Assembly: GCF_036365525.1 (NCBI RefSeq) | Contig: NC_090379.1 | Coordinates: 55,677,805-55,741,804 of the forward strand | Length of the DNA stretch: 64,000 nucleotides | Reading direction: 5' to 3' | Source: Heterodontus francisci | Lineage: Eukaryota | In this document: in pieces, positions 49,835 to 62,720 of the stretch | Layout: the number at the start of each line of letters is the position of its first letter | Position numbering within the stretch: the first letter of the stretch is position 1 | Position numbers and translations under genes: made by a program | The notes under the pieces: generated by a model | The model's input: the letters and a program-made list of their open reading frames with translations, nothing else | The model's database searches: none | What the model was told of the DNA's origin: nothing

Positions 49835-50300
49835 AAGAGGCATAGGGGCAGAATGTTTCAGGCTGCCAATTTGGCTGAGAAATGGTGTGCCGCAGAAAGA
49901 ATGATCCATTTTTCCTTTATAATAGCATAAAAGTTTGAATTGGTAAAACACCCATTTCATGTAAGAATATTTGTTGACCCTAGTAACTCATACAATTTAT
50001 CCCACAATCCAAAACATGGTATAGTAGTGCACCACATTGCTGCTACAGCCCACCTGAAACTATTCATGTGTCAATCTTAGTTGGACAGAAACTATGTGCA
50101 TCTTTACAGGAGAGAGGATATTGGAGGATGAGTCATCCCATTCCAATCTCTCACCTAGCAATCCAAATGAGAGAAGAGGCATAGGGGCAGAATGTTTCAG
50201 GCTGCCAATTTGGCTGAGAAATGGTGTGCAGCAGAAAGAATGATCCATTTTTCCTTTATAATAGCATAAAAGTTTAAATTGGTAAAACACCCATTTCATG
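49835..50300 (+). repeat. 127-bp direct repeat pair (49835-49961 and 50174-50300)
   Basis: aagaggcataggggcagaatg...cacccatttcatg occurs twice, ~2 mismatches. Confidence 0.95.
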
Positions 50301-50394
50301 GAATGGGAGAAAATAGGTTTAAAAATCCCATATTAACAATGAGGTGAAATTATATATGTTTTCAAAGGAACAAAATGCCAATCTATGTTTTTAA

Positions 50395-50517
<123 letters not shown>

Positions 50518-50530
50518 TAATGAATGTTAG

Positions 50531-50773
<243 letters not shown>

Positions 50774-50970
50774 TAAATTAATGCAAAATCCAGTTTCAGG
50801 AACTTTTCCCTGATTCCACCTCGCCTTCCTTCAGATAAAAGAACCCAAATGCCGATTTTTGTTTGTTTACTTTTGATGTGTAATATTTTTGCTACACACT
50901 TACAGAAATGACATGCTGGTTAATTTCAAAGTTAAACTGAATCTTAAATCTACAAAACCTGTTGTAATAA

Positions 50971-51060
<90 letters not shown>

Positions 51061-52268
51061 TGATTTAAAACATGGGACGTGTGCATTATCAGTGGTCAAT
51101 TAAAGCTGTTCGGCTTTAGCTTAGTGTGTATAAAATAAATGTCTTTACTTTTTTGTAAGCGCAATTCTTAATTAAGAACTGTATCATTCAAAAATTTTAG
51201 AATATCAAATATTTTGAAACTAGATGCCATGGAGGACAAGTTAACTATAAACTTGATTTATCATTTCCTTCAAATACTTGGAACCACTTGGGCATAATTA
51301 ATAATTCTCGTTGAGAGCTTCCTGAAAATTGTCATATAATATAGGTATGGTCTGATAAAGAACACTGCACGCAAGCTTTAAATTATCCAATCCTCCTCCT
51401 CCCATGTTGGTTAATTATCTTCCTGAAAACTTGTACTTTGATGGACAAAATTCATAATCTTGCTAAACTTAAGATATTTTCAGATGAAGGTAAAGATAAA
51501 TAGATGAAAGATGCCGGGCCAACCAACTTTTTTTCCTTTCTATCCTCCTCTGCACACAACATCCTTCATACTTATGTATACTTGTGTAGCATCCTTTACT
51601 GTATTTGCTTACGCTGAGTTAGTGTGCACTTGTACCCTGCACCTTTGCCAGACTGAAACAGCTATGCTGCACTAAAGTGTAAGACTGATTATGATACAAT
51701 TTCTTTTCATTATAAATAACCAGCTCGTTATCCATGCGCTTTCAAGACTGACCCAACATTATTGAGTGTAAGTACTGCAATCCAACAACTTGCTGCTGTT
51801 CAGTGAGTCCCACTTGTGACTGAGCATCTCCACATAAGAGATTTATTCTTTAGGAAGTTGCCATTCCAGAACCAATTAGCTGTTGAAGGACTGATATGGC
51901 AGAAGCCCTCCCCTGCTCACAGTCTGGTTAGCAACACGTCAGAGTTTGCAGTTTATTTCCATGTATCCTTGAAATGGTGAATCATGTGTCTACTGTCCAA
52001 ATTTGCAATCTCTTCATTTATGCAGTCACATAATCTTGGCATGACACTAGCTATCTTCCATAATTTAAAAGTACTTGCTTTGTACAAAATAATAATCATC
52101 GTTGTATAAAATTATTTTGTGTATGAGGACAAGAATTATTTTTGTACTGCTACATGAAGGAGTCTACGTACTGGTCCCTATCTGCCTAGAGACTAAGCAC
52201 TTGTCTGACTACCTCTATGTTAATGTATTTTGAACAGAAATTAATGACTTAACTGCATTTCTTCGTAG

Positions 52269-52409
<141 letters not shown>

Positions 52410-52503
52410 TGAGATTGTTTAGGAAGAACGTTGTATCTAAATGAAATATCACAAGACAATTTTATTTTAAATTATTTAATTTTATTAAAATCTTCACTTC
52501 TAG

Positions 52504-52584
52504 ATATTGAACTTCCAAATGAGCAAGCAAGATTGGATATTCTGAAGATCCATGCTGGTCCTATCACAAAGCATGGTGAAATAG
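52504..52584 (+). CDS. PSMC6: PSMC6 exon 12
   Basis: [27 protein letters not shown]. Confidence 0.96.
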
Positions 52585-53139
52585 GTATGCTAATTTCTTC
52601 AACCTTTTTATATATGTAAACCAAATTCACTAAGAGAAAACGGTACAGGATTATAATTCATTTGATGGGTTAAATTTCTAAATAAGTATCAAGGCTGAGT
52701 ACAGAATTAATGCGTATTGTGATTTAATGGTGGAACCTCTGTTCAGTCATTGTATGATGGAGCTTGCTGAGGCTCCGGTATGTAACTGAATTTGGTGTCT
52801 ACTAAAACTGTTATCAATACTTGAGCTGCATTGCCCACTTTAAAGTTCAGTATCTGTAAATGTTGCAACGCAAGTGTTCTAAAGTCCATCAATGTGAAAA
52901 TGAGCTATTTCAGATGTCAAAATAATTTTTTGCGAACTTTTATTCTGGTAGTTAAAGGGTTTAAGCACAATGGACTGATATTAAAGAACTGTGTTCTGCA
53001 GTAATGCCCTTTGAATCATAAAAATAATTAATTGTCTGAACATTCCTGAAGACAATAATTGGATTATTGCTTCTCTAGATGTGAGTAAAGTAAAGCAATG
53101 AAACTCTGAACCTTTCTGTTGGCCAGTTATATTTGAAAA

Positions 53140-53490
53140 CACACAGGTTTGGCTCTCAATTGCAAGTTTGTGGGTTTAAACAGCACTCCAAAACTTGAGC
53201 ACGTAATCAATGCTGACCCTTCAGTACAATACAGTAGAGAGGGGTTGCTGCATTATACTTTAATGTGGATTGCACATTAAACTAACAGCCCATTGGCCTT
53301 TTCAGGTAAAATATTCTATAGCACTATTCAAAGAAGAATAGGGAGTTCTTACAGTTCCTGGCCAATGTTCATACCTCAACCAAAACTACCAGAACACATT
53401 ATCTGGTTATGTATTACAATTACTGTTTGTGGGGCCGCCTTTTGTGTATGTTCGCTGCTGTGTTTGCCTACAAAACAAGTGATTACTATT
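53140..53490 (+). mobile_element. DeuSINE (SacSINE1/AmnSINE1-like) remnant
   Basis: gcactattcaaagaagaatagggagttc..cctggccaat..cctcaacc..ttatctgg..tgtttgtggg resembles the Deu-domain as recalled from memory. Confidence 0.6.
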
Positions 53491-54778
53491 TTTGTAGATT
53501 GTTGGCTACAAAGTACTTTGTACATAATTTCTATTTTTTCTTGATGTAGATTATGGAGTATTGTAATAATACCACACTGATATTGTAATATGAACTGCAT
53601 CACCTGCCCAAATGTTTTACCAATGTATCCCCCTCGTCAAGTTTGGATAATAATTTCATAGTTTTTTTGAATTGAAATCAGTTAAGGTTGAATGTTTGGA
53701 AATTATATATGAAAATTAATGAAAAACAATGCATTCATATGCCACATACTAGATTGTACACCATGCCAAGATCTTGCCCTTACTGGCTGTGTTTCAGTTA
53801 AACCAAGGGACTGATTTTTCATTTTCTATGTCTGGGTGTTTTGGATCATCTTGGCACAGCTTGTGAAAGAAAAGGAGAGCATAGCTGTAAAGACAGTCTT
53901 CTGAGTTTCCCATCATTTAGCATGGAAAATTGAGCTATCTCCCTTAAAGGTGTGTGTTGCACCCAGTATGTACAAGAACAGCAGAAACTGCCCCTACATT
54001 TCCAGGTTTTAAGCACATACTATTTTACACCTGTTGTCATGTTTACACACCCTAAGGACTCAAACCCATCTGCTCTTGTACTGACTAATTGCATGCAGGA
54101 CATACAACACTTCTCTGCAGAAGTTCAAGATAGGGCCACAACTGGTGAAATTTTTCACTCTGCTTTTAAAGAAAAATAATTTGCATTTGTCAGTTGTCAC
54201 ATAAATACAAGATGCCACATGGGTTGTCGGATGTTGTGCCATTTTTGCATTTTGTAAACCTGATGAAATATAACATAGTTGTGACTTTCACTTGTGTCAC
54301 TTGGGCCACTTGTACAAATAGTGTAGTATACAGGAACCTGGTTTGTGTCCTGTATTAATGATGTAATTTTTAAAAATGCAGTATAATTAACGATGCCTTG
54401 TTTCAACCAAAAATTGACATTTTATTATCTTTTCAATGTGATCAAGATAAGAAATCAGAACATTTTTATCCCTTAAGGTTTCAGCATGCATTCTGAGGTT
54501 ATGTATAACATGGAGCAATGCAGGATAAAGCTCCATTTATAATAACTAAGTGTAGCACATACTTTAAATACATAGTCCTGCTGACATATATTTAATACTT
54601 ACAGATTTAGCAGTAGAGTTCTTAAGCAATTCAACAAGATACTTGCCAATATATGATGGCTTCATATGGTCAGCTGACAGTCCAGGACCAAATAAGAAGA
54701 CCTTTTATAATTCTATTTTAAGTGACTTTATTTACCTTTTTCTGATTTGATTCACATCATTAAATTTATTCAAGTTAA

Positions 54779-54904
<126 letters not shown>

Positions 54905-55003
54905 TAGCCATTGAAATATATTAATACCATTATTATATAGGAGCATTATTTTATCATTCTTGTGCTGCAAACAACAAATCTGAAATCTAAAAAGAAATGC
55001 TAA

Positions 55004-55219
<216 letters not shown>

Positions 55220-55609
55220 GTTAGCCCACCCTTTTAACCGTAATTGTACAGTTTTAAAGGGGTTTAAACAGCATATAAACCTTAAAAAGGAGAGGAATCT
55301 GATGGTTGTTCTATACTGTATTCATTACAAGTATATAATAGTATGCTGCAGACAGTAGATGACCACTAACTTGGTGTTCTGCTGCATTATGTATGTAATG
55401 ACTTGTTTTTAAGCCACAATTTGGCTGCTGGCAAAAATATTCTGTTGAAAATGTTTTTGAAAAGCAAATATCGCCACTGAGACATGCCTATCTTAACAGT
55501 GTAATGCATTCTCTTGTACCCAAATGACACTTAAAGCCTTTGTGGAGCAAATGCTCAAAATACAAGTTTATAGGTTTTTGATCAATTTGATTCATTTTCT
55601 CCGGGCCTC

Positions 55610-55615
55610 AATAAA
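55610..55615 (+). terminator. Candidate PSMC6 polyadenylation signal
   Basis: First AATAAA ~390 nt after the stop; further copies at 56104, 56184, 56207. Confidence 0.55.
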
Positions 55616-58029
55616 ATTTAAATTTGCAAGAACATGACCAGCTATTTGTTGAATGTTTACATAACACTTGCAGATCTCCTGTGGTATTTTCATGGCGAGT
55701 CAGAAGTTTTATAAAAACGGTGTTTAAACAAGTAGCATTACCAGGGACACTGACTTATCAACATTGGGATCTGTGAGCACTGGGAAGAGGATCTAGTAGG
55801 ACAGGATGGACAATAACAGACTGGGGCTGCAGAATTTCTAATATGTGCTTCCAGAAGCACTGAGACAGAACATTTATCCTTTAGTGCACTGTTTGTAGGT
55901 TTGCCGACTTATACAGTGTTTAATAGAAATTAGTTTCCATAAACAAAACTTCATCAACTACTCAGTTTCTAAGCTCTTGTATGGAAAGAGTTCATTTAGC
56001 TTGATTAAATGATTCTGAAGAGAATGGGTTTTAGCTGAATATGTACAACCAATATTGAAGTGAGTGACTATAAAAGAAAGATAAACAATGCGTTTTCTCT
56101 GTGAATAAAGAAATTACGATCAGAAGTGCTAGTGATCATGGGTATCTTCTCTCTGCACAGTTTATAAATACAAAACAACATTTAATAAATATAATCACTT
56201 GTCTGAAATAAAGCTTTGAGAAGTCAATTTCCATTTTCCTTCAAAGCCTTTTGGGTAAAAACAAGGACACTGTCAAATTCTCTCAGGTTGAGAAGACATG
56301 TCCTTCTATCCGTCACGTCTGCTGATGCACATTTTTTGCAGTCAGGTTCTACAAAGTGCATATACTCACGTATAGATAAAAGGTCTGTCCAATTTTTGAA
56401 GTAAAAAAAGTCCAGTCAAACCCTGATTTTTATGATCGGATAAAGCCTTGAAGTAAAAGCTTTGATTTTAAAAAATATTAAAAGACAATTCAATAGGTAA
56501 TTTTAATTGTTACATAGAATGTAATTTTTTAAATTTAAAATCTTGTGGATACTTGAAATTTAGTTACTGATATAATAGGAAAATGAAAATGTTTTTGAAA
56601 AATATTTGATTCAGTCTGTTCAACAAACCGTATTTCCCATTAAAAATGTGGAGGATAAAAACCAACACAAATTGGTTGAGCCAAATTGTCTGAGTCTATT
56701 TTGTAATTTCTGTATAATTTTATGTAAAGCTAACAAGCAGGACTACAAGATTCACAATGGTTGTTGGATATTCTGTAATAGTGCTTATTGGAATGCAACA
56801 TAGAGTCATCGAAACATTTACAGCACAGAAGGAGGTCATTTGGCCTATAAAGTCCATGTACTCTGAATTAGTTGGTTTTATTTTAGCCTCATCATAGTTC
56901 CCGATTAAACTGTTTAAAATGCATTAAATTTTTTGTGTATAAGGCATGAACGACATGTTAGAGTGTGGTTCCATGAGCTGTAGTACCTCACTGAGAGGCT
57001 AGAACATGAATGCATACTATGCTGAAAGTGTGGTTGGCGGGGGGTGGGTTGTGGGTGGGCTGTTGAGATCAGCCATTGCAGTCTCTTTATTTAATTCACA
57101 TCCACATTTCTAGTAGATAGTTAATGTATAACTGATAGCAGTCAGGAAGTGATTCAGGCCTATTTTACCCTTCTTAGGCCAGGGCACTGAGATCGACTAT
57201 CACTTCTGCTGCCCGAGCTGAGAACAGCCAATTTACCACAGATTGGGGATGAAACTTTGGATCTTCCTTATCTGTGAGACTCAGCTACATGCTGCATTAA
57301 TGAACTAAATCACTGGGGACTAAGCCCTTTATTGTCATTTCTAAGCCTTAAGTAAATGAGATTTATCATAGAAAATAAACTTGTAACTGAGTAGATCACT
57401 ATTGGAAGTTAGCAATTTTTTAAAAATTGCTCTCTTGGCATGCATGCACATATGATGCAGTGTAAATTTTTGATTACCAGTAGAGAAGCTATTCTTATGA
57501 GTTTTTCGACCTTGGCTGAATTGTTGCATTTTAATTTCATGTTAATTTTAAAAGCCTTACTTAAATAGTTTCTTAACATGATAGACCTCTCAATTAGAGG
57601 ATTTGGTCTAATTTTCATTGGATGTTTCCTACATTTGTATTTATAGTTTTAGAATACTTTGTAATAGTACACTTATTTCTAGAAAACAAAGGATGTTACG
57701 TTGTACAAACATTATGAACTTTATTTGTGGTTTTAAAAAAAACAATTTGGGTAACCTGTGTTCTTTAATGCATTTTGCAGCCATATCCTGTTAGAGTTTA
57801 ACCTGTTAGTAAATCACTTTACAACACAAAAGATGCAGTCATAAAGCAGGGCTGTTATGATTACCCTTATCTGCTAATTCCGCCTGTGAGATTTTAGAAA
57901 GTGAGTGCCGGCAGGCCATTTGATCATACAAGGTGTCACAACCAAGCCTGATTCAGGCACTCACTTGACACCTGCAAATTTTTCAGCACAAAACACTACA
58001 TAGGTGCCAGTGGGTTTTCACCTTTTTAG

Positions 58030-59645
58030 CACGGGTTGGGATGGGGGGGGGGGGGTGGCGCCAGTGAGTAGTTGGTGCTGGGTTGGGTGGGTGGTTGGTG
58101 CTGGGTTGGGGAGGGTGTCAGTGGGTGGTTGGTGATGGATGTGGGTGGGGGGGGCAGTGAGTGTTTGATGGAAGTGGGTTCTGGGTGGGGGGGGGGGGGT
58201 GCCAGTGGGTTATTGATGAATGAGGGTGAAGGGGAGCAGTGGGTTCTGGATGGGGGGGTGCCAGTGGGTTTTTGATGAATGGGGGTGAAGGGGGTCAGTG
58301 GGTTCTGGATGATGGGGGTGCCAGTGGGTTTTTGATGAATGGGGGTGAAAGGGGTCAGTAGGTTCTGGATGGGGGGTGCCAGTGGGTTTTTGATGAATGG
58401 GGGTGAAGGGTGGGTAGTGGGTTCTGGATGGGGGGTACCAGTGGGTTTTTGATGAATGGGATGGGGGGGTGCCAGTGGGTTTTTGATGAATGGGGTGAAG
58501 GGGGCAGTGGGTTCTGGACGGGGGTGTGCTGGTGGTACTTGAATGAGGGTGAAGGTGGTCAATGGGTTCTGGATGGGGGGGGAGCCAGTGGGTTTTTGAT
58601 GAATGGAGGGGGGGGGGGGGTTGCCAGGGGCTTTTTGATGAATGGGGGTGAAGGGGGTCAGTAGATTCTGGATGGGGGGTGCCAGTGGGTTTTTGATGAA
58701 GGGGGGGTGGTCAGTGGGTTCTGGATGGGGGGGGGGTGCCAGTGGGGTTTTGATGAATGGAGGTGAAGGGGTGGGTCAGTGGTTTCTGGATTGGGGGGGT
58801 TGCTAGTGGGCTTTTGATGAATGAAGGTGAAGGGGGTCAGTGGGTTCTGGATGGGGGGGTTGCTGGGGGTTCTGTATGATTGGGGGTGAAGGGTTTCAGT
58901 GGGTTCTGATTGGGGGGGGGTGCCAGTGGGTTTTTGAATGGGGGTTGATAGTTGGTTTTAGTTGGGGGAGGTCAGTGAGTAGTTGGTACTGGGTTGAAGG
59001 GGGGATGCCAGTGGGTGGTTGATGCTGGATGTGGGGGCTTGCTAGTGGGTGTTTGATGAATGGGGGAGGGGGTCAGTGAGTGGTGCTGGGTTCGGTGGGT
59101 GTTTGGTGTTGGGTGTAATGCAGTGGGTGGTTGATGTTGGGTGGGTGGTGCTGGGCTGGGGAGGGTGTCAGTGGGTGGTTGGTGCTGGGCTGGGGAGGGT
59201 GTCAGTGGGTGGTTGGTGCTGGATGGTAGGAGGGGTCAGTGGGTTTTGGATGGGGGATGCCAGTGAGTATTAGATGAATGGGGGCGAAGGGGGCAGTGGG
59301 TTCTGGATGGGGGTGTGCTGGGGGGTTTAGATAAATGAGGGTGAAGGGGATCAGTGGGTTCTGGATGGGGTGTGGTGTGGTTTTTGATGAATGGGGGTGA
59401 AGGGGGCAGTGGGTTCTGGATGGGGGTGTGCTGGGGGTTCTTGATGAATGAGGGTGAAGGGGGTCAGTGGGTTCTGGATGGGTGGGTGCCAGTGGGTTTT
59501 TGATGAAGCGGGGGAGGGGTCAGTGGATTCTGGATGGGGGGGTGCCAGTGGGTTTTTGAAGGGGAGTCAGTGGTTTCTGAATGGGGGGTGCCAGTGGGTT
59601 TTTGATGAATGGGGGTGAAGGGGGTCAGTGGGTTGTGGTTGGGGA
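58030..59645 (+). repeat. G-rich minisatellite, ~55-60 bp degenerate unit
   Basis: Recurring gccagtgggtttttgatgaatgggggtgaagggggtcagtgggttctggatggggggt. Confidence 0.92.
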
Positions 59646-59649
59646 GGGT

Positions 59650-59872
59650 GGGTATCAGTGGCTGAAAGCGCTTGCTGACTAGAGGCAGCGATTGGCTGCG
59701 TGCAGGGCGTGAGGGACTGACGGGGCTGCGTGCAGCGTGATGACGTTTGTTGATGTTGCTCCCCAGCAGCATGGCGGCTCGTGAGCTTCAGTACACGTAA
59801 CAGAACAGCGAGTCTTTGCTGGGTGGCAGGCGGGGGGATTAACGATAATTACCGTCCTGGACAGGCCGAGAG
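59650..59872 (+). promoter_or_regulatory. STYX promoter / 5'UTR, CpG-rich
   Basis: Inverted CCAAT (gattgg), TGACG half-sites, YY1-like catggcggc. Confidence 0.6.
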
Positions 59873-59929
59873 ATGGATGGAGTACACCTGGAATTCCCGG
59901 CCTTACCGTCTTCTAGAGAGGACGCGGGG
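59873..59929 (+). CDS. STYX: STYX pseudophosphatase, coding exon 1 (rest not found in window)
   Basis: MDGVHLEFPALPSSREDAG|gtgggt vs human MEDVKLEFPSLPQCKEDAE; synteny ERO1A-PSMC6-STYX. Confidence 0.88.
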
Positions 59930-60799
59930 GTGGGTAACCTGCGCCGACGTCGGCCTAAAGTGAACAAAGCCGGCTCTGATCCTGGGGGGGAGCCGGGGGA
60001 GAAAGTGCGTCAGCCCGTGGCGGGTGGTGTGGACCGTTGGCCTCCCCGGCAAAGTTAGCGGGGAGTGTGTACTGGGCGAGCGGGCTGTGAGTGGTGCTGA
60101 CATATCGATAATTGGGATGGTAGCTTTATGAGGTTTCCGCATAGTATTTGCTGTTTTGCTTTCACTGTTGTAACTCGGGAATATGTGTGAAGTTTGCTGT
60201 AGCCACAAAACTATTCAGGGATTTGGTTTTATGCGGCTTGGTAATATGTGTTGCCTTTTTAATAAGTGTATTTAATGTGGTCGTGTTTACGACCGAATTG
60301 ACAAGTCAGCAGCACGTGGGATTGAGGCATGGGACAAAACCAACTCCATTTAATCTAACAGAAAACTGTTAATCAACAGGGGGATGGGAACGTTTTGCTT
60401 TTTTTAAAAAAAAGTTGAAATTGGTTATTTGCGTGTTTTTTGATAAAATGTCACATAACTGAATTTGAGCCACTGGCAAAAAGGGAAGTTTAGTGGTTGC
60501 ATAACCTGTGATCACTCTTCCTGGTTGAGGCATGCGAAAGGCCTTCTCGTGGTTGGGTTTGTCTGGAGACTAAGCAAGGGAAGCTAGTTAAAGTATGTAA
60601 ATATCCCTTACCAATGCAATTTTGCTTGTCAGTTTTTTGTGTTGCATTGTCCCAAGTATATGCCCCAAACACGTACAATCTTGTACTATCCTAGTCATAT
60701 TCTTAAACTTGGACTTTAGTTCCATTCGGACATTTTAAATTACTTGGAGCAAAGAAGGATGTAATTGCATTGATGGAGTTTGACATAGCAGACTAGTCC

Positions 60800-61865
60800 A
60801 AAATGCATTCGATAAGGTGCCACATAAAAGGTTACTACACAAAGTAAGAGCTCATGGTGTTGGGTTAATGCAGCATGGATAGAGAATTGGCTAACAGGAA
60901 ACAGAGATTTGTAATAAATGTGGAATTTTCAGGTTGGCAAACTGTAACTAGTAGAGTGCCAAAGGGATCAGTACGGGGGCCTCGACTATTTATGATCTAT
61001 ATTATTGACGGATGAAGGGACTGAGTTTATTGTAGTCAAATTTGCAGATGATGCAAAGATAGGTAGGAAGGCAAGTTGTGAGGAGGACATTGGGAGGAAG
61101 AATAGAAAAGCAGAATATTATTAAATGGAGAGTGACTGTAGAATGCTGTGATACAGAGGGATCTGGGTGTCCTCGTACATGAATCATAATAAGTTAGTAT
61201 GCAGGTACAGGGAGTAATTAGGAAGGCAAATGGAATGTTGGCATTTATTGCAAGGGGTTTGGAGTATAAAAGTAGGGAAGTCTTTCTACGGCTGTACAGG
61301 GCGTTGGTGAGACCACACCTAGAGTACTGCGTACAGTTTTGGTCTCCTTGCTTAAGGAAGGATATGCTTGCATTGGAAGCAGTTCAGAGGATGTTCACTA
61401 GGCTGATTCCTGGTATGAAGGGGTTGTCTTATGAGGAAAGGTTGAGCAGGTTGGCCCTAAATTCATTGGAGTTCAGAAGAATCTTATTGAAACATAGGAT
61501 TCTGAGGGGGCTTGAGAGTGTAAATACTGAGAGGATGTTTCCCCTCGTGGGGGAATCTAGAACTAGGGGGCATAGTTTCAAAATAAGGGGTCTCCTTTTT
61601 AAGACGGCGATGAGGAACAACTTCTCTCAGAGGGTCGTTAATCTTTGGAATTCTCTTCCCCAGAGAGCAGTGGAGGTTGGATCATTGAATATGTTCAAGG
61701 CTGAGTTAGACAGATTTTTGATCTACAAGGGAGTCAAAGGTTATTGGAGGCAGGCAGGAAAGTGGAGTTAAGGCCATAATCAGATCAGCCTTGATCTTAT
61801 TGGATGGTGGAGCAGGTGCGAGGGGCCAAATGGCCTACTCCTGCACCTATTTCTTATGATCTTAG
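60800..61865 (+). mobile_element. CR1 LINE RT and 3' end
   Basis: AFDKVPH, PKGSV, KFADD, LYRALVRPHLEYCVQFWSP; 3' tail. Confidence 0.88.
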
Positions 61866-62099
61866 TCAGAAAAGTAAAAATTCATGGGATCCAAGGAAAG
61901 TGGGAAGTTGGATCTAAAATTGGCTCAGTGTCAAGAAACAAAGGGTGTAGTCAGATATTTTTGTGACCAACGGCAGATTTCCAGTGGGGTTCGACAGGAC
62001 TCAGTAATAGGTCACTTGCTTGTCACAGTATAAGATGTTTAAGGGCTGCTTTGTTCTGGATGGTGTCGAACTTCTTGATTGTTTTTGAAGCTGCGCTTT

Positions 62100-62435
62100 A
62101 TGAAGAGCCTAGATAGAGATGGTAGGAAGGAGCTATTCCCCCCTCATTGAGGTCAGTAACCAGGGGCATGGATTTTAAGTAATTGATAGAAGTAGAGGGG
62201 TGTTGAGGAGAAGCTTTTTCACCAAGAGGGTGATGGGGGTTTGGAACTCACTTCCTGAAAAGATGGTAAAGGCAGAAACCCTCATCGCATTTTAAAAATG
62301 CGCTTTAGCTGCTGCAACCTACAGGGCTATGGACCGCGAGCTGGAAAGTGGGATTAGGCTGGAAGCTCCTCTTCAGCCAGTACCGACAGAATGGTCTGAA
62401 TGGCCTCCTGTGCTGTAAATTTTCTCTTTCTATGT
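62100..62435 (+). mobile_element. CR1 3' fragment
   Basis: Degenerate FFTKRVMGVWNSLPE and tail gaatggcctcctgtgctgtaa. Confidence 0.6.
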
Positions 62436-62489
62436 GTAAAGTATTTAATGGTAAAAAAATAAGATGGACCCAGTAGGAATTTAAATTTA

Positions 62490-62720
62490 GACAATGCTAA
62501 AAATACTCAGCAGATCAGACAGCATCTGTGGAGAGAGAAGCAGAGTTAACGTTTCAGATTGATAACTTTTTGAGAGAGCCAGTTTTGACGAGTCATCTGA
62601 AAAGTCAATGACCTGAAACGACAACTGTTTCTTTCTACACAGATGGTACTGACCTGCTCTGTATGTCCAGCATTTTTTGTTTTTATTTCAGATTTACAGC
62701 ATCTGCATTATTTTATTTTT
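62490..62720. mobile_element. Inverted pair of Penelope-LTR-like short repeats
   Basis: aatactcagcag..gcatctgtggagagagaagcagagttaacgtttcag followed by its reverse complement. Confidence 0.6.

Noticed and set aside
58026-59772. Pro-rich and Gly-rich ORFs (178 aa, 102 aa and others)
   Set aside because: Translations of the minisatellite; no splice or homology support
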